Shown: positions 19,053-28,073 of the stretch, one piece after another
How positions within the stretch are numbered: the first letter of the stretch is position 1
Layout of the letters: every line of letters begins with the position of its first letter
Origin: Desulfobulbus propionicus DSM 2032
GTDB lineage: Bacteria > Desulfobacterota > Desulfobulbia > Desulfobulbales > Desulfobulbaceae
Direction of reading: 5' to 3'
DNA: 32,000 nt
Assembly: GCF_000186885.1 (NCBI RefSeq)
Contig: NC_014972.1
Coordinates: 1,170,001-1,202,000, forward strand
The notes under the pieces: model-generated
Told to the model about the DNA's origin: nothing
The model's database searches: none
Seen by the model: the letters and a program-made list of their open reading frames with translations, nothing else
Translations under genes and position numbers: made by a program

Positions 19053-19502
19053 ATGAAGCGCATGGCATTCGGGATAACACTTTTTGCTGTACTGCTGCTG
19101 TTTGGCGACCGTCTCACCCATGCCAGCGAGGCCCAGGCAGCCCTGACAGGCCGGACTTCGGTCTATAGGTATGAGATACCGGAGAGCTTGAGCCCCGAGG
19201 AAAAAAACTGGTTCAAGACCTTCCAGGAAGGCAATTTTCTTTCCGAAGGCTGGCAGCAGATTTCCGCAGAAATAATGGCCAAGACCCCGCCCGAGCAACG
19301 TTCGGCGCAGAAAATCGCCTTGGACAATCTGGGGAGGAAAATCGGCATGGAATGGAGCCGGGCCAACGATGTCCGCAAGGTGGATTCGACCATGCTCCAG
19401 GAGTGGGGCGACATTCTGCGGACAACGGCCCGTAAGAATCCCCAGCAACTGGCCTCGGCCATTGCCTATATCGATCAGGAAGTCGACGCCGTTCTTGATT
19501 GA
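19053..19502 (+). CDS. Hypothetical secreted/periplasmic protein
   Basis: 149 aa. Signal peptide MKRMAFGITLFAVLLLFGDRLTHASEA. GGTGGAG lies upstream and the gene has its own promoter candidate. I recognise no family. The 3' end overlaps the xseA 3' end by 28 nt. Confidence 0.6.
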   Translation: MKRMAFGITLFAVLLLFGDRLTHASEAQAALTGRTSVYRYEIPESLSPEEKNWFKTFQEGNFLSEGWQQISAEIMAKTPPEQRSAQKIALDNLGRKIGMEWSRANDVRKVDSTMLQEWGDILRTTARKNPQQLASAIAYIDQEVDAVLD

Positions 19503-20863
19503 TCCTCCTGCCCGCTGTTCCCGAGTCCTTCCTCGCTGACCTGCTCCACCCTGCACTGTAACGCTCCCCGGTGGAGCAGGACCTCCACGACCTCTCCCGT
19601 GCGGACCTGACCATAGCCGGTGACCACCCGTTGTTTTTTTTCGGTCGTCCGCACGATCGCGTAGCCCCGTTCCAGGGTGGCCAGGGGGCTGACCGCGTGC
19701 AACACGCCCGCGACCCTGGCAAATCGTTCCTCTTTGCCCTGATACTGGGTACGAATCGCTCGCAGGAGACGGATGCGCGCCTCGTTGAGCCGTTGCTCAT
19801 AGAGATGGACCCGGCGGACCGGGTTTAATCGAGCCAGGGTGCGGGCGGCGTGGGCAAGCCGCTGGCCCCGGGCATCCAGCGTGGTGTGCAGCGACCGCTC
19901 CAACCGTGTCGTCAGCTGATCGAGCCGCAGCATCAGCCGTTCAAGGGGGTGACGCATGGATTCAAGCCGACGTCTGGCCACAAGCAAGCGCTGTGCCGCC
20001 CCCTCGGTTCGGCTCCGGAGGAGACGGCGCAGCCGCTCATCCTGCTGGTTGATGCGCACACGCAGGGCCGCGCTGTCCGGCGTCAGCAGTTCGGCCGCGG
20101 CGCTGGGTGTCGGTGCCCGTAGATCGGCGGCAAAATCCGCGATGGTGAAATCAATTTCATGGCCTACCGCGCTGACCACCGGCACGGCCGAACGACGGAT
20201 GGCCCGGGCCAGGTGCTCGTCGTTGAAGGCCCACAGATCCTCGATCGACCCGCCTCCCCGGCAAAGGACGATCAGGTCGGTGGCCACCCGGGCATTGATC
20301 TCCTCCAGGGCGCGTATCATCTCGGCCGAGGCCTGTTCGCCCTGAACAGCCACCGGATAGACCGCTATTCGCACCATGGGGCAGCGCCGGTTGGCGATGT
20401 GGATGAAGTCATGCACCGCTGCCCCCCGGGGCGAGGTCACCAGGGTGATGTGGCCGGGAAAGCCGGGTGGGCGGCGTTTGCGGTGCTCGTCAAACAGCCC
20501 CTCGGTGGCCAGCCGTTGTTTCAGTTGCTCAAAGGCCAGCTGCAGGGCGCCCGCTCCCTGGTGATCGATGGTATCGACGATCAGCTGATATTCGCCTCGC
20601 GGTTCATAGACCGAGATCCGGCCGCGGCAGACCACATGATCTCCATCCTTGGGGAATCGGCTCAGGTAGCGTTGCTGCATTTTGAACAGCACCGCCCTGA
20701 TCTGGGCGCCGCTGTCCTTGAGGGTGAAATAACAGTGACCCGAGTAGGGCTTGTGCAGGTTGGAAATCTCTCCGCCCACACTGATAAAGGGGTACTGGGC
20801 CTCCAGCAGGAGGCGGATGGACTCGTTGAGTTCGGACACAGTCAAGACACGGCGGTCATCCAT
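19475..20863 (-). CDS. xseA: Exodeoxyribonuclease VII large subunit
   Basis: 462 aa. N-terminal OB-fold pattern LTVSELNESIRLLLE...VGGEISNLHKPYSGHCYFTLKD, a catalytic core with RGGGSIEDLWAFNDE, and a long coiled-coil C-terminus. Confidence 0.93.
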   Translation of the reverse strand: MDDRRVLTVSELNESIRLLLEAQYPFISVGGEISNLHKPYSGHCYFTLKDSGAQIRAVLFKMQQRYLSRFPKDGDHVVCRGRISVYEPRGEYQLIVDTIDHQGAGALQLAFEQLKQRLATEGLFDEHRKRRPPGFPGHITLVTSPRGAAVHDFIHIANRRCPMVRIAVYPVAVQGEQASAEMIRALEEINARVATDLIVLCRGGGSIEDLWAFNDEHLARAIRRSAVPVVSAVGHEIDFTIADFAADLRAPTPSAAAELLTPDSAALRVRINQQDERLRRLLRSRTEGAAQRLLVARRRLESMRHPLERLMLRLDQLTTRLERSLHTTLDARGQRLAHAARTLARLNPVRRVHLYEQRLNEARIRLLRAIRTQYQGKEERFARVAGVLHAVSPLATLERGYAIVRTTEKKQRVVTGYGQVRTGEVVEVLLHRGALQCRVEQVSEEGLGNSGQEDQSRTASTS

Positions 20864-21135
20864 GGCGGACTCCGTGCCGGCGTGCGAACAACCGGTCTGC
20901 TCGCGTCGAGGCCTGGGGCGGCCGCAGGGCTTTTTGCGTGTTCATCGTGGATTGGCTGATGCTTTTTTTTTTCGTCGGGGTATAATCGTGCACCTTGGCG
21001 GTGGAGGAGCATTCGAGCTGTTTACCAGTGTTGTCCGGCCACGCGCAACGGGTATTTTCCGGCTGGTCCCAGCTTGCATTTTTCTGTCCCGACATCACCT
21101 TTTCGCCGCACCATTTCACGGAGGAACACAACCGC

Positions 21136-21831
21136 ATGACGGAACCAAGTGCCTTTGATTCCAACAACATCAAACTGCAACCCCTGCAACCCGTCGGCCT
21201 GATGGAGCAGTTCAATCTGCCGCCTAGGATGATTGCCTTTATCCGCCGCAATCAGCGGCCTATCTGGGGCGGGGTGATCGCGGTCGTTGTCCTGAGTCTG
21301 GGCATCGCCGCCTACAGTGCCTACCGCGACCATCGCGCCGCGCGGGCTGCCTCGGCCCTTGACGCTGCCATGATCGCTTCTGGCGACAAGCGCCAATTGC
21401 TGGAACAGGTGGTGCAGGATTACGGCGCCACCCCTTCGGCCCTGTGGGCGAAGATCGAGCTGGCTTTCCTGGAGGAACGCGAGGCCCAGCGGGCCAAGGC
21501 CATTGCCCGCCTGGAGGAGGTCAACGCCAGCCTCGCGGCCAGGTCCCTGCTCAAGCCCCTGATCCAGAACAAGCTGGCTGGACTGTACGAAAACGAAAAG
21601 CAGCTGGACAAGGCCATTGCCGCCTATACCGAGCTGGCGGCCAGGGAAGAGTTTGCCGCCGAGGCCTACAGGGCCTTGGGGCGGGTCAATGAGCAGTTGG
21701 GCAGGAAAGAGGAGGCCGCGGCCATGTATGACAAGTATCTCGAATTGGTCGGCGCGCAGCCGCCGGTGCAGGGGAAGACGGATCCGATTCGGGAAATGGT
21801 CCAATTCAGACGCAATCAATTGAACAAATAA
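21136..21831 (+). CDS. Membrane-anchored TPR-like protein (YfgM-like)
   Basis: The track ORF 20995-21831 is trimmed to the ATG at 21136 (GGAGGAA upstream). One TM helix (IWGGVIAVVVLSLGIAAYSAY) is followed by an Ala/Glu/Leu-rich helical repeat region ending ...AEAYRALGRVNEQLGRKEEAAAMYDKYLEL. Confidence 0.6.
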   Translation: MTEPSAFDSNNIKLQPLQPVGLMEQFNLPPRMIAFIRRNQRPIWGGVIAVVVLSLGIAAYSAYRDHRAARAASALDAAMIASGDKRQLLEQVVQDYGATPSALWAKIELAFLEEREAQRAKAIARLEEVNASLAARSLLKPLIQNKLAGLYENEKQLDKAIAAYTELAAREEFAAEAYRALGRVNEQLGRKEEAAAMYDKYLELVGAQPPVQGKTDPIREMVQFRRNQLNK

Positions 21832-22700
21832 TGGACATCATCAACACCCCTCAGGAAATGTATGCCTGGTCCAGGGATCGGGCAATCTCGGGCAAGTGTG
21901 TCGGTCTGGTGCCGACCATGGGCTATTTTCACGAGGGCCATCTCAGCCTGATGCGCAGGGCGGGGACCCTGTGTGATCAGGTGGTGGTCAGCCTGTTCGT
22001 CAATCCCACCCAGTTCGGTCCCAATGAGGATCTGGACCGCTATCCCCGCGATTTTGAACGCGACATGGACATGGTCCGCCAGGAGAAGGTGGCCGCGGTC
22101 TTTGCCCCGACCCCGCAGCTGATGTATCCCCAGGGATTCCAGACCGAAATACGCGTCAAGGAGCTGGCGACCTATTTGTGCGGCAAAAGCCGGCCGGTCC
22201 ACTTTGCCGGCGTGGTCACGGTGGTCACCAAGCTGCTCAACATCGTCCAGCCCGAGGTGGCGGTGTTCGGCGAGAAGGATTTTCAGCAGCTGGCGATCAT
22301 TCGCCGTCTGGTGGCCGATCTCAATATTCCGGTGCGGATTGTCGGCCATCCGATCGTGCGCGAAGCCGACGGCCTGGCCATGAGTTCACGCAACGCCAAC
22401 CTCGACCCGGCCAACCGGGCCGCGGCGCTCAGCCTGTCGACCGCCCTTGAGCTGGCACGGGCCCAGGCCGCCCGGGGGATGCGTTCGGTGGCCGAGCTGG
22501 CCCCGCTGCTGGAGCGGCATATTCATTCCTTTGCCGGCAATGTTATCGATTATGTCAGCTTTGTCGATTGCGACACCCTGGAGCCGATGAGTGAGATCAA
22601 CGAGCGTACCGTGCTCGCCTTGGCCGTCCATGTCGCCGGCAAGACCGGCCAGGTGCGGCTGATCGACAACGGCTATCTTCTGCCGCGGGCAGAGGGCTAA
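21831..22700 (+). CDS. panC: Pantoate--beta-alanine ligase
   Basis: 289 aa. Motifs: VPTMGYFHEGHLSL (HxGH), FVNPTQFGPNEDL and GEKDFQQ. The ATG overlaps the upstream stop (TAATG). Confidence 0.96.
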   Translation: MDIINTPQEMYAWSRDRAISGKCVGLVPTMGYFHEGHLSLMRRAGTLCDQVVVSLFVNPTQFGPNEDLDRYPRDFERDMDMVRQEKVAAVFAPTPQLMYPQGFQTEIRVKELATYLCGKSRPVHFAGVVTVVTKLLNIVQPEVAVFGEKDFQQLAIIRRLVADLNIPVRIVGHPIVREADGLAMSSRNANLDPANRAAALSLSTALELARAQAARGMRSVAELAPLLERHIHSFAGNVIDYVSFVDCDTLEPMSEINERTVLALAVHVAGKTGQVRLIDNGYLLPRAEG

Positions 22701-22765
22701 TCGTTCGCCAGCGGCGCCGCACGGCTTTGCCGATCTTTTTTCTACAACACTGCAAGAGGTAAATT

Positions 22766-23965
22766 GTGCCTGGTTTTGAAATTTTTGGAGCAGAAGAAAA
22801 ACAGCAGGTTCTCGAGGTGCTGGACAGCGGCGTGCTGTTTCGCTACGAGTTTGCCGCCCAGCGGAACAATGTGTGGAAAGTACTGGAATTCGAACGGGCC
22901 TTTGCCGCCTATACCGGAGCCGCCCATGCCCAGGCGGTGACCTCCGGAACCGCGGCTCTCAAGGTCGCCCTGGCGGCGCTGGGCGTCGGTGCCGGGGACG
23001 AGGTGGTCACCCAGGGCTTCACCTTTGTCGCCACCTGGGAAGCGATCCTCGACTGTGGCGCCATCCCGGTGTTCACCGAGGTGGATTGGACCCTCAACAT
23101 GGACCCGGCCGATCTGGAGAAGAAGATTACCCCCAGGACCAAGGCGATCATCCCGGTGCACATGATGGGTGCCCAGGCCCGAATTGGGGAAATCAAGGCC
23201 ATTGCCGACCGCCACGCCATCCCGGTGATCGAGGATACGGCCCAGGCGGCCGGCGGCCGGCTGAACGGTCGCCACCTCGGCACCTTTGGCGCGGTGGGCA
23301 CCTTTTCCTTTGACGCGGTCAAGACCATGACCACCGGCGAGGGCGGCATGTGCATCACCAATGATGCCGGCTTGTGGCAGCGGATGTCCGAGTACCACGA
23401 CCACGGCCACGACCATGTGCCCAACCCCGGCGGCCGCGGCGGCGAAGGCCGGCCGTTCATCGGCTTCAACTACCGGATGATGGAAATTCAGGGGGCCATC
23501 GGTTTGGCCCAATTGGCCAAGCTGGACACCATTGTCGCGGAACAGAAGAAGAACAAACAGTTTTTCCAAGAGGCGGTGCGTGTGCTGCCTGGGGTTCGTT
23601 TTCGCGAGATCCTCGATCCCGAGGGCGATTCCGCCACCTTCCTCACCTTCATGCTGCCGGACAAGGAGCGGACCACGGCGGTCAACCAGGTACTGCGCGA
23701 CCAGGGCGTGGGCGCGGTTCGCTGGAGCGAGAATGGCTGGCATTACTATCCCAACTGGGAGCATCTGCTCGAGGGCAAGACCTACTGCCAAGGGGGCTGG
23801 CCCTTCGCCGCCCATGGCAAACGGCGCATCGTCTACGACCCGCAGGCCCTCCCCCAGTCGGCCGCAATCCTCGAACGCACACTCACCTATCAGGTGCCGA
23901 TCCTGCTGGCCGATGAACAGAAGGCCAAGATCGCCGCGGCCCTGCAACAGGCTGCCCGGATCTAA
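22766..23965 (+). CDS. DegT/DnrJ/EryC1/StrS family PLP-dependent aminotransferase
   Basis: 399 aa. GTG start with AAGAGG upstream. Motifs: AVTSGTAALKVAL, IPVHMMG, and FSFDAVKTMTTGEGG (PLP lysine context). Confidence 0.88.
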   Translation: MPGFEIFGAEEKQQVLEVLDSGVLFRYEFAAQRNNVWKVLEFERAFAAYTGAAHAQAVTSGTAALKVALAALGVGAGDEVVTQGFTFVATWEAILDCGAIPVFTEVDWTLNMDPADLEKKITPRTKAIIPVHMMGAQARIGEIKAIADRHAIPVIEDTAQAAGGRLNGRHLGTFGAVGTFSFDAVKTMTTGEGGMCITNDAGLWQRMSEYHDHGHDHVPNPGGRGGEGRPFIGFNYRMMEIQGAIGLAQLAKLDTIVAEQKKNKQFFQEAVRVLPGVRFREILDPEGDSATFLTFMLPDKERTTAVNQVLRDQGVGAVRWSENGWHYYPNWEHLLEGKTYCQGGWPFAAHGKRRIVYDPQALPQSAAILERTLTYQVPILLADEQKAKIAAALQQAARI

Positions 23966-23981
23966 CTTCTTTCAAGCCATT

Positions 23982-24021
23982 CCTCCCGATGGAACGCACC
24001 AGTGGGTGTTCCATCAGGAGG
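23982..24021. terminator. Convergent-gene hairpin between the DegT-family gene and rsmJ
   Basis: cctcccgatggaac (23982-23995) pairs with gttccatcaggagg (24008-24021), a 14-bp stem with one mismatch and a 12-nt loop. On the plus strand T-rich cagtgtttctttcc follows. The right arm overlaps the last rsmJ codons. Confidence 0.5.
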
Positions 24022-24799
24022 GCAGTGTTTCTTTCCCCGTCCCCACATAGACATCGAAACGCACCGCCTTGCCCTTGAGTGTATAGGAAGGGAGCCGGTC
24101 AGCGAGAAACGGTCCCTTGAGCGGTCGCTTGACCACCACCTTCCTGATTGCAAGGGCGAGAGCCGCCCGCAGCAGCTCTTCCGGAGGCTCGGTTTTTTGG
24201 TCAAGGAGCTGCAACAGACGCAGTTCCTGCTTGACCTTTGCTGTCTTGGTCCGCTGCGGAAACATGGGGTCCAGGTAGATCACCTCCGGCCGTTCGGTCA
24301 GCGTCGGCCAAAGGTCGAGAGCATTGGCTGCCCGCAGGCGGATTCGCGATGCGACCTCGCCTAGCCGGGGATCGGCTGCGGCCCGCTGCAAACCGTCCGC
24401 CAACAGGGCTGCGACCACGGGGTTGCACTCGAACATCCACACCCGAAAGCCGCTGGCGGCAAGGAGAAAGCCGTCCCGGCCAAGTCCGGCGGTGGCATCG
24501 ATCAACAGCGGCTGAACAGTGTGGCGCACCTTGGCCGCCCGGACCAGCAGTTCGTCACCCGGCCGCGACACACGGCGGCGGGCAGCCGGGCTGGCAAAAT
24601 CGACCCATAGGGCTCCGGGCAGCTCCGGGTCGCCGGGTTTGCACAGTTCCAGGTGATCGGAGGTGAACCGCAGCAGCAGATCGGCGGCCAAAGGCTCGCT
24701 GACCACCGGAACGCCGAGGGCTTCGGCCAGGACCTGGACACGGTTGGCCGAACTGTGCGGCTCGGCGAGCAGGGCCAGGGAGAGGGGCGAGACGGCCAT
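24014..24799 (-). CDS. rsmJ: 16S rRNA (guanine1516-N2)-methyltransferase RsmJ-like SAM-dependent methyltransferase
   Basis: 261 aa. Motifs collinear with E. coli RsmJ as I recall it: IDATAGLGRDGFLLA, ECNPVVAALLADGL, YLDPMFP and KVVVKRP. Confidence 0.8.
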   Translation of the reverse strand: MAVSPLSLALLAEPHSSANRVQVLAEALGVPVVSEPLAADLLLRFTSDHLELCKPGDPELPGALWVDFASPAARRRVSRPGDELLVRAAKVRHTVQPLLIDATAGLGRDGFLLAASGFRVWMFECNPVVAALLADGLQRAAADPRLGEVASRIRLRAANALDLWPTLTERPEVIYLDPMFPQRTKTAKVKQELRLLQLLDQKTEPPEELLRAALALAIRKVVVKRPLKGPFLADRLPSYTLKGKAVRFDVYVGTGKETLPS

Positions 24800-24844
24800 G
24801 TATTTTCGTTGTAACCTGATGGATTGTTTGGTGATTGCCTTTTG

Positions 24845-24873
24845 TCCGGCCGCACTGTATCATGGCGCGCAGG
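24845..24873 (+). promoter_or_regulatory. Candidate sigma-70-type promoter upstream of kdsB
   Basis: TTGCCT (24845-24850), a 17-nt spacer, then TATCAT (24868-24873), about 50 nt upstream of the kdsB ATG. Confidence 0.35.
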
Positions 24874-24922
24874 AAAAGAACAAAAGAATGATGCTCTCTT
24901 GAGAGAAACTGCAGGAACGCCG

Positions 24923-25684
24923 ATGAGCACAGTCGAGTCAAAGATTATCGCCATTATCCCCGCCCGTTATCAGTCAAACCGCTTTGAGGGCAAGCCGCTG
25001 GCCCTGATTGCCGGCAAGCCCATGATTCAACATGTGGTGGAGCGGGCCCAGCGGGTCACGCTGCTTTCCCGGGTGGTGGTGGCCACCGACGATGAACGCA
25101 TCGCCCGGGCGGTCGAGGCCTTTGGCGGTTCCTGGGTGATGACCCGGCGCGACCATGCCACCGGCACCGATCGCCTGGCCGAGGCGGCCAGGCTGCTCGA
25201 CATTGCCGACCAGGATGTGATTGTCAATATACAGGGGGATCAACCCCTGTTTTCCCCGGAAATTGTCGAGCAGGTGGCCCGGCCGCTGATCGACGATCCC
25301 TCCCTGCCCATGGCCACTCTGATCTACAAGATTGTCCGCCCGGAGGAAATCACCGATCCCAACCACGTCAAGACCGTGTTCGACTGTCACGGCAATGCCC
25401 TCTACTTTTCCCGCTCGCCCATCCCCTTCCAGCGCGATCCCGGCGACCGGGAACAGCCGACCTATTACAAGCATCTCGGTTTCTATGCCTATCGCAAAGG
25501 ATTTCTGGTGACCTTTGTCGGTCTGCCCGAAGGTCAATGGGAGCGGTTTGAAAAATTGGAGCAATTGCGCGCCCTGGAGTTCGGCTATTCCATCCGGGTG
25601 GTGCTGACCGATCACGATTCGGTGGAGGTCGACACACCCAAGGATCTGCTCCGGGTGGAAGAGTTGTTGCAGGCGACGCGGTGA
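24923..25684 (+). CDS. kdsB: 3-deoxy-manno-octulosonate cytidylyltransferase (CMP-Kdo synthetase)
   Basis: The track ORF 24824-25684 is trimmed to the ATG at 24923. Motifs: IIPARYQSNRFEGKPL, VVVATDDERI, VNIQGDQPL and HLGFYAYR. Confidence 0.93.
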   Translation: MSTVESKIIAIIPARYQSNRFEGKPLALIAGKPMIQHVVERAQRVTLLSRVVVATDDERIARAVEAFGGSWVMTRRDHATGTDRLAEAARLLDIADQDVIVNIQGDQPLFSPEIVEQVARPLIDDPSLPMATLIYKIVRPEEITDPNHVKTVFDCHGNALYFSRSPIPFQRDPGDREQPTYYKHLGFYAYRKGFLVTFVGLPEGQWERFEKLEQLRALEFGYSIRVVLTDHDSVEVDTPKDLLRVEELLQATR

Positions 25685-25712
25685 TCCATTCCTTGCAGAC
25701 GCTTCGAGGTAC

Positions 25713-28073
25713 ATGCTAGGCATGGCCGGAACGCGGCAGCTCAAGGCACAGCTGCAGTTTCTGACATCGCAGGGATTTTCCGTTCTTGATGTCCTGCCGG
25801 AAAAAAGCCTGGCGGAAAAGATTACCGCTCTGGTGCTCGACAGCGCCGCCGGCGGAATATCGCCGGTGGTTTCGGCGATATTCAACAAGCTCAGGCAGCA
25901 GATCGAATCGCTCGATTCGAGCACGACCAAGGTGGTGGTGTTCGGCGGCGGCACCGGACTGTCCAACATCATCGGCGGTGATTCCCGGCGGCTCGGGTGG
26001 GCGCGCGCGCCCTTCACCGGGTTGAAACAGGTGTTTCCCCTGGTCAGCTCGGTGGTTTGCGTCACCGACGACGGCGGCTCCACCGGCGAATTGCAAAAAG
26101 ATGTTCCTCTGATAGCCTTGGGCGATCTCCGTCATGTGCTGATCGCCTCGATCCGGAGCGAAGCCCTCATCAAAGGATACGGACTCGATCCGGTCGGCGC
26201 CAGCCGCTGTGCCGCGGCCCTGCACGCTCTGTTCAACTACCGGTTCATTTCCCGGCCCGATTCGGCCGTGCAGCTGCTCCAGGATACGAACGCGGTCCTG
26301 GCCGACGTGCCGCAGCCGATGCTCGTGTATCTGAGGAAACTGACCTCGCTACTCTACACCGACGGGCGCCTGGCTCCCACCCTGCAACGGCCTCAGTGCC
26401 TGGGGAATCTTCTGCTGGCGGCGGCGATCTACAAGCAGCTTGATCCGGCACTGACCGCCACCCAGCTGCTGGCCTCGCATCAGGTGGTGCGCACCGCGAC
26501 CATCCGTGGACTGGCCGAGCTGGCGGCCTGTCTGGGAGTCCGGCCCAATGCGGTCCTGCCCTGCACCACCACCCTGTCGCAGCTGCAGATGCTGTACGGC
26601 AACGGGGTGCTGGTCACGAGCGAGGATAAATCGGGCAAGGCGCGGCGCGGCTATCCGGTGGACCGGGTGCTGGTGGAGTTCAGTCGGCCGCCCTTTCTCC
26701 AACCCGAGGTGGTTCGGTTGGTGCAAGAGGCCGATATCATTCTCTTTGCTCCGGGAAGCCTGTACACCTCGATCATCCCTATTCTCCAGGTGCCCGGCCT
26801 GGCCGAGGCCATCCGCCGCAACCGTTCGGCCCTCAAGGTGCTGGTGGCCAACATCTGGGTGCAGAAGGGAGAGACCGATGTCGCCCGCGATGCGCCGGAC
26901 CGCAAATTTTACGTCTCCGATCTGATCCGGGCCTATCATCGCAATATCCCCGGCGGTGTTCGCGACCTGTTTTCCCATGTGATCAGCCTCGACATGAGCG
27001 ATATTCCCGGGTCCGTGCTGCAACGGTACGCCCTGGAAGACAAGGAGCCGATCTACATTGACCGCAACCGGGTCCGGTCGTTGGGATTCGGCTCCATCGA
27101 GGCCCGGGTGTTTTCCGAGGAGTTGCTGCGGCAGCGAGGGTCCATTCAGCACGATCCCGATGCCTTGGCCCGGGCGATCAAGGGACTGTGGGCCCTGCAG
27201 CAGGCCGGCTTCCTTGTTCCTCCGGCCGGCACGGAGGCTCTTCCCGCCGCTGACCTGGTTTTTCTTGGCGACCATCCGGTGCGGAGTGCGCCGTGCCTGC
27301 GCTACGACAGGATTCGCTCGCAACTGTATGCCCTCAGCACCGAGCTGATCCCGGCCGGTTCCCTGACCATGGTCAAGATGACCGAGATGGAACGCAAGTG
27401 GCTCCTGGACCGGGTGGTGGAAATCATCTGGCTCCATCCCGACATTCCTTTGGAACACTTACATTTTCTTCGGGGGATCACCCTGGTGGATCGGGGGGCC
27501 TGGAAACGCTGCCAAGAGTGGGACAACGTCTTTTCCTTTTACGATCCGCACGATCAGCGGATCAAGATTCGCCAGGACCAGGCGCAAAATCTCAACCGGT
27601 TCGAGATGGTCTTGCTCGTCGCCCTGGGGCAGTCGCTGCTGGGCAACTATGCGCAGGAAAAGCGCATGGACGACCTGATGGTGGACGGCGAGCCGGTGGG
27701 CCGGGTCTACCGGCTCAAGGTCAGGGAGCAAGAGCAGTTGAACAGCTTCCTGGAACCCGGCGACATCGACGCCTACTTGCGGCTTTCGCGGATGCACCGG
27801 ATGCGGGGGGAGGAACGGCTGTATACCCGGGTGATCAACCCCGGTGAAGGTTTCACTCCGCCGGGGCTGTTTTTCGGCCTTTTTTATGCCTGGTACCTGG
27901 ACAACCGTTTCGCGGCCAACATAGAATACAAGATGTCCATCATGCGCAATACCATTTCGGACCTTATCCCTGAACAGGTGCGGATCGTCGAACGTCGCCG
28001 GCGGACGATCGACTTTTTCCGCGAACGAATCTTCAGGCAACGATCTCCTCTTCTTTCCGGAAGAATGCCGTGA
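25713..28073 (+). CDS. CofD/YvcK (UPF0052) family protein, long form with an unassigned C-terminal domain
   Basis: 786 aa; an alternative ATG lies at 25722. Family motifs: VVVFGGGTGLS, VCVTDDGGSTGEL, LGDLRHVLIAS, LFNYRF, CLGNLLLAA, ILFAPGSLYTSIIPILQVPGLAEAI and VANIWVQKGETD. Residues ~500-786 match nothing I recognise. Confidence 0.8.
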   Translation: MLGMAGTRQLKAQLQFLTSQGFSVLDVLPEKSLAEKITALVLDSAAGGISPVVSAIFNKLRQQIESLDSSTTKVVVFGGGTGLSNIIGGDSRRLGWARAPFTGLKQVFPLVSSVVCVTDDGGSTGELQKDVPLIALGDLRHVLIASIRSEALIKGYGLDPVGASRCAAALHALFNYRFISRPDSAVQLLQDTNAVLADVPQPMLVYLRKLTSLLYTDGRLAPTLQRPQCLGNLLLAAAIYKQLDPALTATQLLASHQVVRTATIRGLAELAACLGVRPNAVLPCTTTLSQLQMLYGNGVLVTSEDKSGKARRGYPVDRVLVEFSRPPFLQPEVVRLVQEADIILFAPGSLYTSIIPILQVPGLAEAIRRNRSALKVLVANIWVQKGETDVARDAPDRKFYVSDLIRAYHRNIPGGVRDLFSHVISLDMSDIPGSVLQRYALEDKEPIYIDRNRVRSLGFGSIEARVFSEELLRQRGSIQHDPDALARAIKGLWALQQAGFLVPPAGTEALPAADLVFLGDHPVRSAPCLRYDRIRSQLYALSTELIPAGSLTMVKMTEMERKWLLDRVVEIIWLHPDIPLEHLHFLRGITLVDRGAWKRCQEWDNVFSFYDPHDQRIKIRQDQAQNLNRFEMVLLVALGQSLLGNYAQEKRMDDLMVDGEPVGRVYRLKVREQEQLNSFLEPGDIDAYLRLSRMHRMRGEERLYTRVINPGEGFTPPGLFFGLFYAWYLDNRFAANIEYKMSIMRNTISDLIPEQVRIVERRRRTIDFFRERIFRQRSPLLSGRMP

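Noticed and set aside
20963-20972. T10 homopolymer between TTGGCT (20952-20957) and TATAAT (20981-20986) as a phase-variable promoter spacer
   Set aside because: The resulting spacer is 23 nt, far from a functional 16-18 nt, so slippage by one or two bases could not switch it on or off. It is more likely an UP-like or AT-rich tract of the divergent xseA/TPR promoter region.
21064-21078. TGGTCCCAGCTTGCA upstream of the TPR-like gene as a sigma-54 promoter
   Set aside because: Only 7 nt separate TGG from TTGCA, whereas the canonical spacing is 8. The spacing is wrong by one.
22742-23947. 401-aa minus ORF opposite the DegT-family gene. The same applies to 8232-9107, 9575-10978, 11551-12699, 18024-18767, 21022-21819, 24974-26083, 26349-27458, 27459-28190 and 27884-28687.
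   Set aside because: All lie antisense or out of frame to genes with clear family motifs, and none shows motifs of its own.
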